Origin: Promethearchaeota archaeon | GTDB lineage: Archaea > Asgardarchaeota > Lokiarchaeia > Sigyniarchaeales > SOKP01 | Direction: 5' to 3' | DNA: 64,000 bases | Assembly (NCBI GenBank): GCA_016839555.1 | Contig: JAEOUA010000008.1 | Coordinates: forward strand, 262,372 to 326,371 | Part shown: one piece after another, positions 48,605 through 58,988 of the stretch | How positions within the stretch are numbered: position 1 is the first letter of the stretch | Layout: each line of letters starts with the position of its first letter | Made by a program: the position numbers and the translations under genes | The notes under the pieces: generated by a model | What the model was told of the DNA's origin: nothing | Seen by the model: the letters and a program-made list of their open reading frames with translations, nothing else | Databases searched by the model: none

Positions 48605-49732
48605 TCATTCATTAAAAATTTTTATTTTATACGGTTTTCCTCCAGATCTCGCTGATTTTGAAGCAGCGATACCTGCCATACAAAAATTAGCACCTATTTT
48701 TGCATGGAACTTAGGTTTTGTATTTTGTTCAATTGCCAAAAGCCAATCATCCATTATACGTACTTGGGCGCCATAAAAAACTCCTTCCACTGGGGCTATT
48801 ATTTCTGCCAATCTTTTATCATCAATAATTTTACTTTCGCCCTTTCTATGTTTACTGCGAGTGATGATATGATCTTTTGCTAAAAAGAGTCGCCCGGGTT
48901 TACCGATTTCATAACATTCATATGTTCCCGTTCTGCCCACCACCTGAATCATAATCCTGCTTGGTTCTCTAGCAAATATATAAGCATTTGCGCATTTTGC
49001 GATTGCGCCCGTTTCAGTTATAAATAATCCTATATGAAATGCTTTTGCGGGACTACAGATTGGATCCCCTTGATACCCCCCGATATCATTCGCATAGCTT
49101 ACTACTTCTATGAATGGTCTTGGATTCTCGATTCCACCTAGACAAACTTGAGCAGGTCCAATCGAATGGGCATACATAAGCGGATCAAATAATTGATACC
49201 AAGAATAAACGCGGGGGGTGTCTACTCCTCCAGAATTATCTTTTCTCCAGCGATAGGTCACATCGTGAAGATACTCAGATTCCACATAAACCGTTAGACC
49301 AATTTTTCTGGACGATGTGAGATACCCTGCATATAAAACCTCGGGCAAAAAGCAATAATTTTCACCTAATTGATATATCTTCCCAGAGTTTTCTTCAGCA
49401 GCGATTACTTTTTTAATATTTTCTTCCTTAATGCACATCGGTATTTCTGAAAATACATGGTATCCCGTTTCTAATGCTGCTATTGTCTGTTGAGCATGAA
49501 ATTGTGGAGGGCTACATATAATAACGGCATCGAGCTTAGGAGTATCTAATAGATCATCAAAATTTTTAGCGATTTTAATATTGCTTTCTTTTTTGAGATA
49601 TTCTTGAGCCTTTGGATCTGGGTCATATCCGACTATTAATTTTGTACGGCCTTTTAATTTAAGATGGGTCTGAAGCTCTACTTTCTTCGCAAGTGCATAT
49701 AATCCATACCCGATTATACCAATATTTAACAT
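48605..49732 (-). CDS. Gfo/Idh/MocA family oxidoreductase
   Basis: IGIIGYG, DAVIICSP...H, HVFSEIP, EN. Confidence 0.85.
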   Translation of the reverse strand: MLNIGIIGYGLYALAKKVELQTHLKLKGRTKLIVGYDPDPKAQEYLKKESNIKIAKNFDDLLDTPKLDAVIICSPPQFHAQQTIAALETGYHVFSEIPMCIKEENIKKVIAAEENSGKIYQLGENYCFLPEVLYAGYLTSSRKIGLTVYVESEYLHDVTYRWRKDNSGGVDTPRVYSWYQLFDPLMYAHSIGPAQVCLGGIENPRPFIEVVSYANDIGGYQGDPICSPAKAFHIGLFITETGAIAKCANAYIFAREPSRIMIQVVGRTGTYECYEIGKPGRLFLAKDHIITRSKHRKGESKIIDDKRLAEIIAPVEGVFYGAQVRIMDDWLLAIEQNTKPKFHAKIGANFCMAGIAASKSARSGGKPYKIKIFNE

Positions 49733-49991
49733 TAGTTTGAATTATTTATGAGAGTATTTATATTAAGGCTATTTTAATTTAAAAGAATATGGAATAGATA
49801 TAATTAATAATTTTTTATAATTAGAAAAAAATTGCATAACTTGATATGAATCAAGCCTAATCTTTTTAAGATACCAATTTTATTCGAATTTCTTTTATTT
49901 AAAAAGAATTTATATTATATTTAATTAATAATTTTTTATAATTAGGAAAGGCTCTATATCTTAATACAAACAATATATTTTAGTTAATAAA

Positions 49992-50528
49992 ATGGAGCCG
50001 TCAAAAACAGAAATTTTGGAAAAAGCTTATAAATTAGGAGAAAAATACGAGCAAAAATGTACTGGGTGCGCCCAGACCGCTATAGCTGCTATTTTTGAAG
50101 CATTAGGGATTTGGAATGATGATGTATTCAAGGCAGCATCCGGCTTAGCTGATGGATTAGGGTTGACGGGAGATGGATCATGTGGAGCATTAGTGGGGGG
50201 TTCAATGGTGATCGGCTATCTTTTTGGAAGAGAGAAACACAATTTTTCAGATATGTATAAGCCAATGAAATCATATTCACTGGTAAAAAAATTACATGAT
50301 GAATATATTAAAAAGTATGGGACTTGCAGGTGCTATGATGTACAAAAATCGACTATAGGAAAGACATTTAATCTATGGGATCCAAAGGAATTAAAAAACG
50401 CGGTAAAGTCGGGTATGCTGTTAAATTGTTCAAAAGTAGTAGGAAATGTTGCGAAAATGGCTACAAATATTATATTAAATAATGGATTCCAACCAAATAT
50501 AAGTAAATCCACTGATTTAGAAGGCTAA
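49992..50528 (+). CDS. C-GCAxxG-C-C family putative redox protein
   Basis: GCAQ, SCGALVGG, later C and C residues. Confidence 0.82.
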   Translation: MEPSKTEILEKAYKLGEKYEQKCTGCAQTAIAAIFEALGIWNDDVFKAASGLADGLGLTGDGSCGALVGGSMVIGYLFGREKHNFSDMYKPMKSYSLVKKLHDEYIKKYGTCRCYDVQKSTIGKTFNLWDPKELKNAVKSGMLLNCSKVVGNVAKMATNIILNNGFQPNISKSTDLEG

Positions 50529-50734
50529 ATTTCCAATATTATACAGAAGACCCATGAATAGGTTTAAACGTAAAAATTTGATATATCTCTCTAAAAATAA
50601 GGAGATATTTACAAAAATATAATTATCTATTGTATCAAACGTAAAATATCGAAATTTAAGATTTTTTAAGAACTTTTAAAATACTTTGATTATTTTTTAA
50701 AATATATTTTAATAGAAAATATTAATACTCAATT

Positions 50735-52081
50735 ATGTCCTATAAATTCAGTAAAGAAGAATTAAAGAACCTGCTTATCGATTATAACGAAATCGCTCTA
50801 AAAGATAAAAAAGAAGTCCCTTCGAAGGTGTATATTTGGGATGAAACGCTACGCGATGGAGAGCAAAGTCCAACTGTGTATCTAACTTTGGACGAGAAGA
50901 TTCATCTTGCGAAACTGATGGACGAAATCGGAGTGGAATTGATAGCAGTGGGATATCCTGCCGTCTCTGAAACAGAAAAAAGCATTGTTAAGATAATAGT
51001 GAATGAGGATTGTAAAAATGCATCAATTATGGGCATTGCTCGTCCGAGAAAGGAAGATATTGATGCATGTATAGAAGCCGATCTCGAAGAAATTGTAGTT
51101 TTTATGCCAATTTCTCCTATGTTTATGAAAACATTGAAATTAACTGAAGAGGATGAATTAAATCAAATAACTTCTGCTATCCATTATGCAAAAGATAATG
51201 GATTTAAGGTAAATTGGGTCTCGGAAGACGGTACAAGAGCGGAGTTTGAGCATATAAAGAATGTTTTTAAAACAGCTATAGATGCAGGGGCAGAAAGAGT
51301 GGTTATTGGGGATACTGTGGGTATTCTTACCCCACAATCAGCTAGTTATTTAGTAGGCAGAATTAGAGATGAGGTAATTAAACCTCTTAAAAATAAAGTT
51401 CCAATGGGAATTCATACCCATAATGATTTTGGGTTGGCAGTTGCTAATACAATAACAGGAGTTTTTGAGGGCTGTACCTATCCTCACACCTGTATTAATG
51501 GCTATGGTGAGAGAGCGGGTAATGCTGCTTTAGAAGAAGTGGTAACCATTTTGGAGCGGATGAATATTGACACGGGAATTGACTTAACAAAATTACCAGA
51601 ATTAAGCGAAGTATGTGAAGAATATTTCTGTTTACCACTTGCACAAAACAAGCCTATTGTTGGAGAATATGCATTTAGTCATGAAAGTGGACTTCATATT
51701 GCGGCTATTCTTGCTCATCCATTAACATATGAGCCAATAAATCCTAAAATGGTGGGCCGTAGAAGAAAATTTTATCTGGGAAAGTTTTCTGGTTCAAAAT
51801 CAATTATACATGCCTTGAAAAAGAAAATAAGTGTCTTAGATTTAGATAACATCCCTGAAGGAGTTATTAGAAAGATAGTTAATGAAGTTAAAAAGAAGCA
51901 TGAGACTCAGTCAAAACAAGAAATTCGGAAATCTTTCCATATAATCAAAAATGAAATAAAAAAGATATCTCAAGGTGTTTCGGATAGAGATTTTTTTGAG
52001 ATTGTCAATAAATATGCTCAACCATATGTCCCCGCTGAATTTAAACCCAAACCAAAGCAAAAACCCCAATTGAACGAATAA
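50735..52081 (+). CDS. Homocitrate/isopropylmalate synthase family (DRE-TIM) enzyme without the LeuA regulatory domain
   Basis: DETLRDGEQ, HTHNDFG, GERAGNA, HESGLH. Confidence 0.85.
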   Translation: MSYKFSKEELKNLLIDYNEIALKDKKEVPSKVYIWDETLRDGEQSPTVYLTLDEKIHLAKLMDEIGVELIAVGYPAVSETEKSIVKIIVNEDCKNASIMGIARPRKEDIDACIEADLEEIVVFMPISPMFMKTLKLTEEDELNQITSAIHYAKDNGFKVNWVSEDGTRAEFEHIKNVFKTAIDAGAERVVIGDTVGILTPQSASYLVGRIRDEVIKPLKNKVPMGIHTHNDFGLAVANTITGVFEGCTYPHTCINGYGERAGNAALEEVVTILERMNIDTGIDLTKLPELSEVCEEYFCLPLAQNKPIVGEYAFSHESGLHIAAILAHPLTYEPINPKMVGRRRKFYLGKFSGSKSIIHALKKKISVLDLDNIPEGVIRKIVNEVKKKHETQSKQEIRKSFHIIKNEIKKISQGVSDRDFFEIVNKYAQPYVPAEFKPKPKQKPQLNE

Positions 52082-52305
52082 GAATAAGATTATTAGGATA
52101 AATAGTGATATAGCTTATTTTTAAATATACCCTATTAATTGATTAGTTTATTGTTTTATTTATTTCAATTTTTAACTGTTTAAACTATATAAATCAATAA
52201 AATTCAAGCTTTTTTAGAAATATTATAAAACAGAAATGGGTGAATTTTTGAAATTTTTATTAAACCAAGAATAAGAATATAAATCTTATTAAATATTGCA
52301 TTTAT

Positions 52306-53403
52306 CTATATATTGCATTTATCTCCGATAATTATATTGCTTTTTGACATATTCTCAATTTGGACATTGCTTCCTATAATTGAATTATCTGTTATAATAT
52401 TTTTCAACTTGGCGTTCCTTTCAATAACACAGTTCTCAATTATCGAATTTTCTATTTTTGAATCTTTTCCTATGGATACATACGGTCCTATTACTGAATT
52501 TTTAATATAGCAATTCTTTCCAATATGAACATAATTTTTAATGAGCGATTTTTCAATCATGATATTTCTACTTTTATAATCATTATTATTTACTATTTGA
52601 TGCTCTAACAAAAATCTATTTCCATGTAACAAGGCTGAGGGCTTTCCAAAATCTAAAATCCCTTTCTTTAATTCGACTGCTGCGATTTTATGTCCAGAAT
52701 CTATTAAATATTGCAAGCTTTCGGTTAAATAAATTTCCTTAGTGAGTTCAGCTCTCTGATCCAGCCTTTCTTTTAAATTCTGAAATAGTGCTTGTGTAGT
52801 AGTATAAGAAAATGCATATATGCCTGCAATAGCTAGATTAGAAATATATTCCTTGGGTTTTTCTACCATTCTTATTATTATATTATTCTCATCGACATCA
52901 ACAATACCATAGGAGCTCGCTTGTTCTTTTGGCACTTTCATAACAGTTATAATCCCATCTACCTCAGATTCATAATAACGATATAAAAGATAGGAATATT
53001 CATCTAAAAGAATCATATCGCCTAAAAAGATCAAACATCCTTCTCGTTTATTATCCTCTGAACTATTAATTTCCACATTATTGAATTTTTCATGCGATAA
53101 ATATACCGCTTCACCTAATCCCCAATAATAAGGGATATTATCTCGATAGCCGCGAGGTGTCTGTTCTATAAATGTTAATTTAAACTTATCAGCATAATGT
53201 TTTTGAACATAATCAATGATCTGACGCTTTTTATATCCAACTATAAGAATTAACTCTGTGTTCTGGTCAAACGTGTTTAAAAATTTCGTGAGAATATGAT
53301 CTAACACCGCTTTCCCTGCTACTCTCATGAATGCTTTTGGTTTACTAAGGGTAAATGGACGTAGACGAGAGCCAATACCAGCTACTGGACCTACTATCCG
53401 CAT
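52306..53403 (-). CDS. Sugar-phosphate nucleotidyltransferase (long-form glucose-1-phosphate thymidylyltransferase-like)
   Basis: AGIGSRLRP.T..KPK, LGD, VEKP, C-terminal left-handed beta-helix repeats. Confidence 0.85.
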   Translation of the reverse strand: MRIVGPVAGIGSRLRPFTLSKPKAFMRVAGKAVLDHILTKFLNTFDQNTELILIVGYKKRQIIDYVQKHYADKFKLTFIEQTPRGYRDNIPYYWGLGEAVYLSHEKFNNVEINSSEDNKREGCLIFLGDMILLDEYSYLLYRYYESEVDGIITVMKVPKEQASSYGIVDVDENNIIIRMVEKPKEYISNLAIAGIYAFSYTTTQALFQNLKERLDQRAELTKEIYLTESLQYLIDSGHKIAAVELKKGILDFGKPSALLHGNRFLLEHQIVNNNDYKSRNIMIEKSLIKNYVHIGKNCYIKNSVIGPYVSIGKDSKIENSIIENCVIERNAKLKNIITDNSIIGSNVQIENMSKSNIIIGDKCNI

Positions 53404-53636
53404 TTATTTAATCTCGTAAATTCTTTCAATTAAAAAACTATAATTAAGATGAATTTTTCCACTTAAAATTCTATTAATTAATATGTTTAAATTAATACTT
53501 TTTTAAATTATTTGTGCCATTTTTATTTGAAGAGGGGATATGTAAAAAAAAAATTAATTGAATTTAGAATACAATTAATAATGTTTCTAAAAATAAAATA
53601 AGATAATAAAAGTAATAAGAAAAATAAAAATCTTGT

Positions 53637-53915
53637 TTATAATCCCATAAATAACAATTTCTCTACAACGTCATGTATTTTATCCTTGTTGTCGCCGAGA
53701 AGCTCGTCTATTTTTATTTTCGCTTGTAAGCCTAATTGGAGACCTTGAACAATTATGTTTTCTGCCATATCATTAAATACGGAGTCTCTTCGCTTAGAGA
53801 AATAATCCACTCGCTTAATAATCGCATCTTGATATTCTTTTGCGGTTGTCGGACGGAGATCAATTAACTTCCTAACTTTTAATCCATCTTTTGTTTCAAT
53901 TACTTCTTGAGACAC
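53637..53915 (-). CDS. Hypothetical 92-aa protein, probably co-transcribed with tes
   Basis: AGGTGA ribosome-binding site, GTG start 10 nt after the tes stop. Confidence 0.75.
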   Translation of the reverse strand: MSQEVIETKDGLKVRKLIDLRPTTAKEYQDAIIKRVDYFSKRRDSVFNDMAENIIVQGLQLGLQAKIKIDELLGDNKDKIHDVVEKLLFMGL

Positions 53916-53925
53916 TTTTTATCAC

Positions 53926-55686
53926 CTACTCCTCTTTTTTGGATTTTTTAGTTCCACCATTATACGCGATTTCTGGATGAATATCTTGGTGCACTTCATG
54001 CTGATCTAAGAGTCTCGTGCCCTTGCTGGTGTCAAATTCACCTTCTACCTTTGCGGTGGTTTTCTTCGCTACTATCTTTTCAATGACAGGCCTATGTAAG
54101 GTATTCATCGTACAGAAAGGTGCCTCATAGACAGACCCATCAGGCATCGCCACACCAAAATGAACCACACATCTCTTTGTTCTTTCGATATCCATATTGT
54201 ATGCATCTTGAAAATGCATTGAACCAATTAGCAGAGATCCGTGCGTGAATGCGCTTACACTTTCCCATTCTCCGTTTAATACCATTCTGGTGAACATCTC
54301 TATTAATTTACCCGGCTTTCTGGTATATTGCAATAATCCAGTGACAAATCTCGCTTTTAATTGTTGTTTATCAAGCCAGTTGAGGCCCTTATCTAAGGTC
54401 TTGCCAAAATCGCCCATCATACCCTCAAAGACTTTGAGTGGCTCCTTCTCCTTATGTTTTATTTTCTCCCAGAATTTATTGGCAAAATCAACAATCTTTA
54501 ACGGATCAAAATATTCCATAATGGGGACCATCTCATTAGAGTCTGGATCGACCACCAAATAGGTAGCGAAGCCACAATCCGGATGGCAGGTAAACTCTAT
54601 TGGCTCAACGTCGGCTAAAAAGGAAATGATCCTTCCTAATTCAACAATGGTTGAAAGTGGATACCATGCATTATCAATCCCAACCTTACTGTTGGTCTGT
54701 CTATCGACCTCTTTGATTACATCAGCATTAGTGATTCTTAAATCTTCGACTTCTTCTACGGTAACTCGTCCACATAGAGATACGGGTTGATAAACAATTC
54801 CTCTAACCACATCGATATTATCAATGGCATATTGGATGACATTTCCAATTTCTATATCTGTAATGCCTTTTACAACGGTCTGGACTAATACCACAGAAGT
54901 TAATCCTGCTTCACGACAATTCTCGATTACTCGCTGTTTATATGGAAAAAGATTTTTAATTCCGCGAGTTTTTTCAAGAGTCGCGTTATTAATTCCATCA
55001 AATTGTAAGTAAAGCGTATCTAATCCCTTTTCAAAGCATTCCTTGGTAAAATCTAAGCCGCCCTTTTTCCTCTGAAAGCCATACCCATTGGTAGCGCAAA
55101 TAACTTCCTTAAATCCAAGATCTTTTGCTATTTTACAAATTTCAGGAAAGTCGGCTCGAACAGACGGTTCTCCACCGGTAAACATGATTGCAGGAGCAGG
55201 AATAGGCTTTTCTCTGAAATGCCTCATGATTCTTTCAAGCTCTTCCATAGATGGCTCGATAAGATATCCCGCTTTCTTTACATTAGCATAACAGAAGTTG
55301 CAGTTGAAATTACACCGATTAGTCGTATCGATTAGAGCTAATGAACATGTAGAAAGATGTTCCTCACACAACCCGCAATTATATGGGCATCCTCGTGGAT
55401 CCTTACCTTTACAGTCGGGAGGGTTTGCTTCACCGTTTTTAAGGAATTTCCATTCCACCTCTCCTTTTTCATTTCGCTTGGCGTAATGGGTCCATTTATA
55501 ATACTTTGCCGAGGAGCTGATTTTATCTTTGAAAGGTCCGTGTTCTGGACACGTTTTTTTCATCCAAATTTCTCCATTTTCTTCAACGATTTCGGCGTCA
55601 ATTTTGTCGAGACATTCGGGACACACGCTTTTAGTTTTAGCATAATATTTTTCATTCAAATAGTCAGTACCGTCAATATGATACAT
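53926..55686 (-). CDS. tes: Radical SAM tetraether lipid synthase (Tes/GDGT-MAS, MJ0619 family)
   Basis: N-terminal CPEC/CPEHG, GCPYNCGLC, TNRCNFNCNFC (CxxxCxxC), TGGEP, YLQFDG, HPDCG, MHFQDAYN.D..R..RC, PFC. Confidence 0.85.
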   Translation of the reverse strand: MYHIDGTDYLNEKYYAKTKSVCPECLDKIDAEIVEENGEIWMKKTCPEHGPFKDKISSSAKYYKWTHYAKRNEKGEVEWKFLKNGEANPPDCKGKDPRGCPYNCGLCEEHLSTCSLALIDTTNRCNFNCNFCYANVKKAGYLIEPSMEELERIMRHFREKPIPAPAIMFTGGEPSVRADFPEICKIAKDLGFKEVICATNGYGFQRKKGGLDFTKECFEKGLDTLYLQFDGINNATLEKTRGIKNLFPYKQRVIENCREAGLTSVVLVQTVVKGITDIEIGNVIQYAIDNIDVVRGIVYQPVSLCGRVTVEEVEDLRITNADVIKEVDRQTNSKVGIDNAWYPLSTIVELGRIISFLADVEPIEFTCHPDCGFATYLVVDPDSNEMVPIMEYFDPLKIVDFANKFWEKIKHKEKEPLKVFEGMMGDFGKTLDKGLNWLDKQQLKARFVTGLLQYTRKPGKLIEMFTRMVLNGEWESVSAFTHGSLLIGSMHFQDAYNMDIERTKRCVVHFGVAMPDGSVYEAPFCTMNTLHRPVIEKIVAKKTTAKVEGEFDTSKGTRLLDQHEVHQDIHPEIAYNGGTKKSKKEE

Positions 55687-55994
55687 CTTAATTCACCTAT
55701 TTTGTAAGATAAAAATGTTTATTTGTTTAACTATTTATTTAAATAAAACAAAATGAAATTTAAACATTCATTTACAAATACTATTATGAATAATATGATT
55801 TGTAGATGAAGACTAAAATGACGAAAGGTAAAAAAAACTTTCTTATTTTTCAGAGAAAAGCAAATGGATTTTTTGAGAGTTATAAACCTTATCAATAAAT
55901 AGAGCTCATAACAAGAGAAGTAGAGATATTTTAACCTTAGACATTAAACATTTAAATAGAGCGGTATCTTTTTTTTAAGCAATAATTAAGAAAT

Positions 55995-56630
55995 TTGAAA
56001 TCAATTGTTAATCAAAAAATGGCTTTTAATAAATATGCGGGTATTTTCCCAATACTTTTTGGGATTTCGACAATTATTATTGGAATATTTTTGCCTCTTG
56101 GAATAGGTTCAATAGATATGATAGGACTTGCTGGATGGAAAATAAATTTATCAGTATCTCCCTTAGAAGTAATTGAAATTGAATTAATAGGAATTCTTAG
56201 TCCTTTTCTAAGTATATTTAGTCCAATCCTTGGGCCCTCTTTGTATTTAGAACTGATCTTAATAGTAATGGGATCTATGATATTATCTCTAGGCGCTTTA
56301 ATCATTTTGTTTGGAATTTTAGAGCTAGTAAAGAAAGAATCTATTGCCTTTCCTATTGTTAATATTATTCTCGCAGTTATGTTAATAATCTTAACAATAG
56401 TGGATTATATTTTATTTACAAGAATAATTTTTCCAAAATATAGAGATTTATTCTATATGGTGAAGTCCTTGGTAAGTTTATTTTATTATCCATCACTTAT
56501 GTTTCTTCCAGCAATAGTGGATATTTATGTTGGAATAGGATTTTATTTAATCTTAATTTCTCAGATAGTTATATTAATCATATCTATTGTTGCTCTCGTT
56601 ATAACTGCGCATCAAAAGAGAAAAGCATAG
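55995..56630 (+). CDS. Four-TM membrane protein
   Basis: Hydrophobic segments; no recognised motif. Confidence 0.6.
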   Translation: MKSIVNQKMAFNKYAGIFPILFGISTIIIGIFLPLGIGSIDMIGLAGWKINLSVSPLEVIEIELIGILSPFLSIFSPILGPSLYLELILIVMGSMILSLGALIILFGILELVKKESIAFPIVNIILAVMLIILTIVDYILFTRIIFPKYRDLFYMVKSLVSLFYYPSLMFLPAIVDIYVGIGFYLILISQIVILIISIVALVITAHQKRKA

Positions 56631-56944
56631 GAATAATATTAAAAATAGATAGTGGGTTTTAGAATATTTATCATAGTTTGAGAATTATAGAATCTAAGGC
56701 TTATCTTTATACTATTTTTTTTTTAATAAATTTTTTTAAAAACCTTAAAGTAAGAATTAAATATTAATTATTAGGAAGGGGTAGTATAAATTCAATTTAA
56801 TAATAAATAGTTATAACTAATTCTATCCTTAACTCCTTAAGATGAGTAATTAATCTATTTATAAATATTTAATATTTAAATAGAGTGTAATATTTTTCTC
56901 AAGCATTATCTAAGAAAATAAAAATAATTTGGTGAAAAATAGGG

Positions 56945-57703
56945 TTGAATACAACAGTTGGAAATAAAGAAGGTAAGAAAAGTGCCTCCTGGAAACACTT
57001 ATTAATTATGGTAGCAGCGACCACAGTGGCGACAGTATTAGCGATATATGCGGTAATTGCCGCGCCAGTAGCACCATTTCCAGGTGTTTCTGGATTATTT
57101 TTAGCTGCGGCAGTATATGTACCGCTGAGTTTATGGTTTGGAGTATGGGGTGTATTAGCAGGATATTTTTCATGCCTCATCCTTGGATTCGTATCGGGAT
57201 TTGGTCTGTGGAGTTTTTATTGGGCGTTAGCAGATTTATTTGAAGCCTTAATACCTTTATTGGCATTTAGAATAGCAAGCGCAGATGTCGATATCGGAAA
57301 TGATTTAAAACGACCCATGGTGGTATATACATTGTTAGTGGTATTGCTTGTTAATCTTATCATCTCTGCCATAGCTACAATGCTTGTGTTATCTATCTTA
57401 TGGCTAATTACTTTTATAATCGCGTTAATTCTCCTGATAGCACTATATGGAATCAATCCCACTAAATCGTGGCTACTTTATATCGTATTTGGTGTAGTTG
57501 GAGCTTCGTTTATTTCGGCTATATTTGGCATTTCAGGATTCATAATTGCAGGAGTTTCAACAGGGGAATCATTTTGGATTGGTGTTATAGGCTGGTTTGC
57601 AGGGGACGTAATAGTTTTATCCGCAATTGCGACTCCTATGATGGTATTTTTGACGGGGAGATTAAAAGAAACATCGGTATTTGTAGAAAAATGGTTTTCA
57701 TAA
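56945..57703 (+). CDS. Multi-pass membrane protein (ECF S-component/QueT-like)
   Basis: PGVSGLFLAAA...LWFGVWG..AGY pattern; GGTGA ribosome-binding site. Confidence 0.55.
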   Translation: MNTTVGNKEGKKSASWKHLLIMVAATTVATVLAIYAVIAAPVAPFPGVSGLFLAAAVYVPLSLWFGVWGVLAGYFSCLILGFVSGFGLWSFYWALADLFEALIPLLAFRIASADVDIGNDLKRPMVVYTLLVVLLVNLIISAIATMLVLSILWLITFIIALILLIALYGINPTKSWLLYIVFGVVGASFISAIFGISGFIIAGVSTGESFWIGVIGWFAGDVIVLSAIATPMMVFLTGRLKETSVFVEKWFS

Positions 57704-57757
57704 TTAAGAAAGGAAGCGTTAATTTTCTAATCAATTTTAAAACTTTTTTTTATTACT

Positions 57758-58933
57758 CTATAGATTAAGTTTTTTTAACATAAAGGCACTGATTTTATGA
57801 TATTTTTTTTCAGTAATAGATGCAACTCCAAGAGAAAGCAGATTGCACGAAATATAGCCTATTAAAAATAATAAGATATCATTAATAGTCCCAAAAAACA
57901 ATGACAAAAAATTGAAAATCGAATAGTGTATGATATAGATGCTATAAGAATAACTTGCCATAAAGGAGATTAGTTTTTTCACTTTTTCAGGATAGGTATA
58001 GGAGGTGTATTGAGTATAAATAAGAAGAAAGAAAAAAGAAAATACCAGTAATAAAATATATTCTAATAAATCTATATAAAATAAAGATCCTATTAAAAAG
58101 AAAAAAATGAAAAAGAGTGCTGCCCATAAAAAAAATTTTGATTTAATAATTCGAATATGAGTACTATTAGTAAATTGACCTTGCAATAAATTAGGTTGGG
58201 TATTAAAATTTTTCAAATTTATAATTGAAGATTTTTTCTTTTTCTGAATAAAAAAATTAATTTCGTTAATTAATATTGAGAAAAATACGCCACAAACCCA
58301 TGTAAACAACAATGTTATATCACCTTTAAATCCTCCTCTATACCATGGTCCGCAAAAGATCATTATCACCATAAATGTGAAAAATCCTAATATAATAAAA
58401 TAAGAATATTTCTTTTTAGTAGTTCTTAAGCCGAGTAGAATCCATCCAAAGAATAAATATGACCAAAAAAACATAGGAAGGGTCCACAACTGAAAGGAGG
58501 TTCCAAAACTGGGTACCCCAAATGCAGAATTATTCAAAAGTATTATATTTAGAAAAAAGGTGGGAATATTATAAGTCTCGGAGGGAAATTCAAATCCCAT
58601 AAATGTAGCCCATATTCCATCAATAAATGCTGTTAAAATCAGACCCACAACTAAAGGAGGAATTATTCTTGAAACTCTAGTAATTAAAAATTTCGGAAAA
58701 TTATAGGTATTTTCTTTTATTTTAGATAAAACGCTATGAGTTATTAAGAATCCACTAAGCAAAAAAAGGAATGGAAATGTGAGAGCCCCAATTAAACCGA
58801 GATTGATGGATATATTTAATTGCGTCATAGCTATTCCATGCACTATTACAATATTATGAATAGCTACTACTCTGAGGAGATTTAAAGTTGTAGATAAAGT
58901 TTCAGAAAATCTAAAAGTATAGTCTCTCATCAA
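57758..58933 (-). CDS. Acyltransferase-3 (OafA/YrhL-like) membrane O-acyltransferase, paralog A
   Basis: LR..A...V..H, FLLSGFLI, F..RVSRI.P, WTL, SYSIYIIH. Confidence 0.85.
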   Translation of the reverse strand: MMRDYTFRFSETLSTTLNLLRVVAIHNIVIVHGIAMTQLNISINLGLIGALTFPFLFLLSGFLITHSVLSKIKENTYNFPKFLITRVSRIIPPLVVGLILTAFIDGIWATFMGFEFPSETYNIPTFFLNIILLNNSAFGVPSFGTSFQLWTLPMFFWSYLFFGWILLGLRTTKKKYSYFIILGFFTFMVIMIFCGPWYRGGFKGDITLLFTWVCGVFFSILINEINFFIQKKKKSSIINLKNFNTQPNLLQGQFTNSTHIRIIKSKFFLWAALFFIFFFLIGSLFYIDLLEYILLLVFSFFFLLIYTQYTSYTYPEKVKKLISFMASYSYSIYIIHYSIFNFLSLFFGTINDILLFLIGYISCNLLSLGVASITEKKYHKISAFMLKKLNL

Positions 58934-58988
58934 TAATTTATAATCCTTTTTGATAGATAAATATATAATATCATTTCAAATATTTATG

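Noticed and set aside
53637-55686. Radical SAM + small ORF as a RiPP cluster
   Set aside because: The enzyme carries the full Tes/MJ0619 motif set; no RRE, SPASM, protease or exporter; the small ORF looks like a folded helical protein
55815-55849. SECIS-like AUGA-stem-A-rich loop on the plus strand
   Set aside because: No GA on the 3' side and no plus-strand UGA-containing gene upstream; better explained as part of the tes leader
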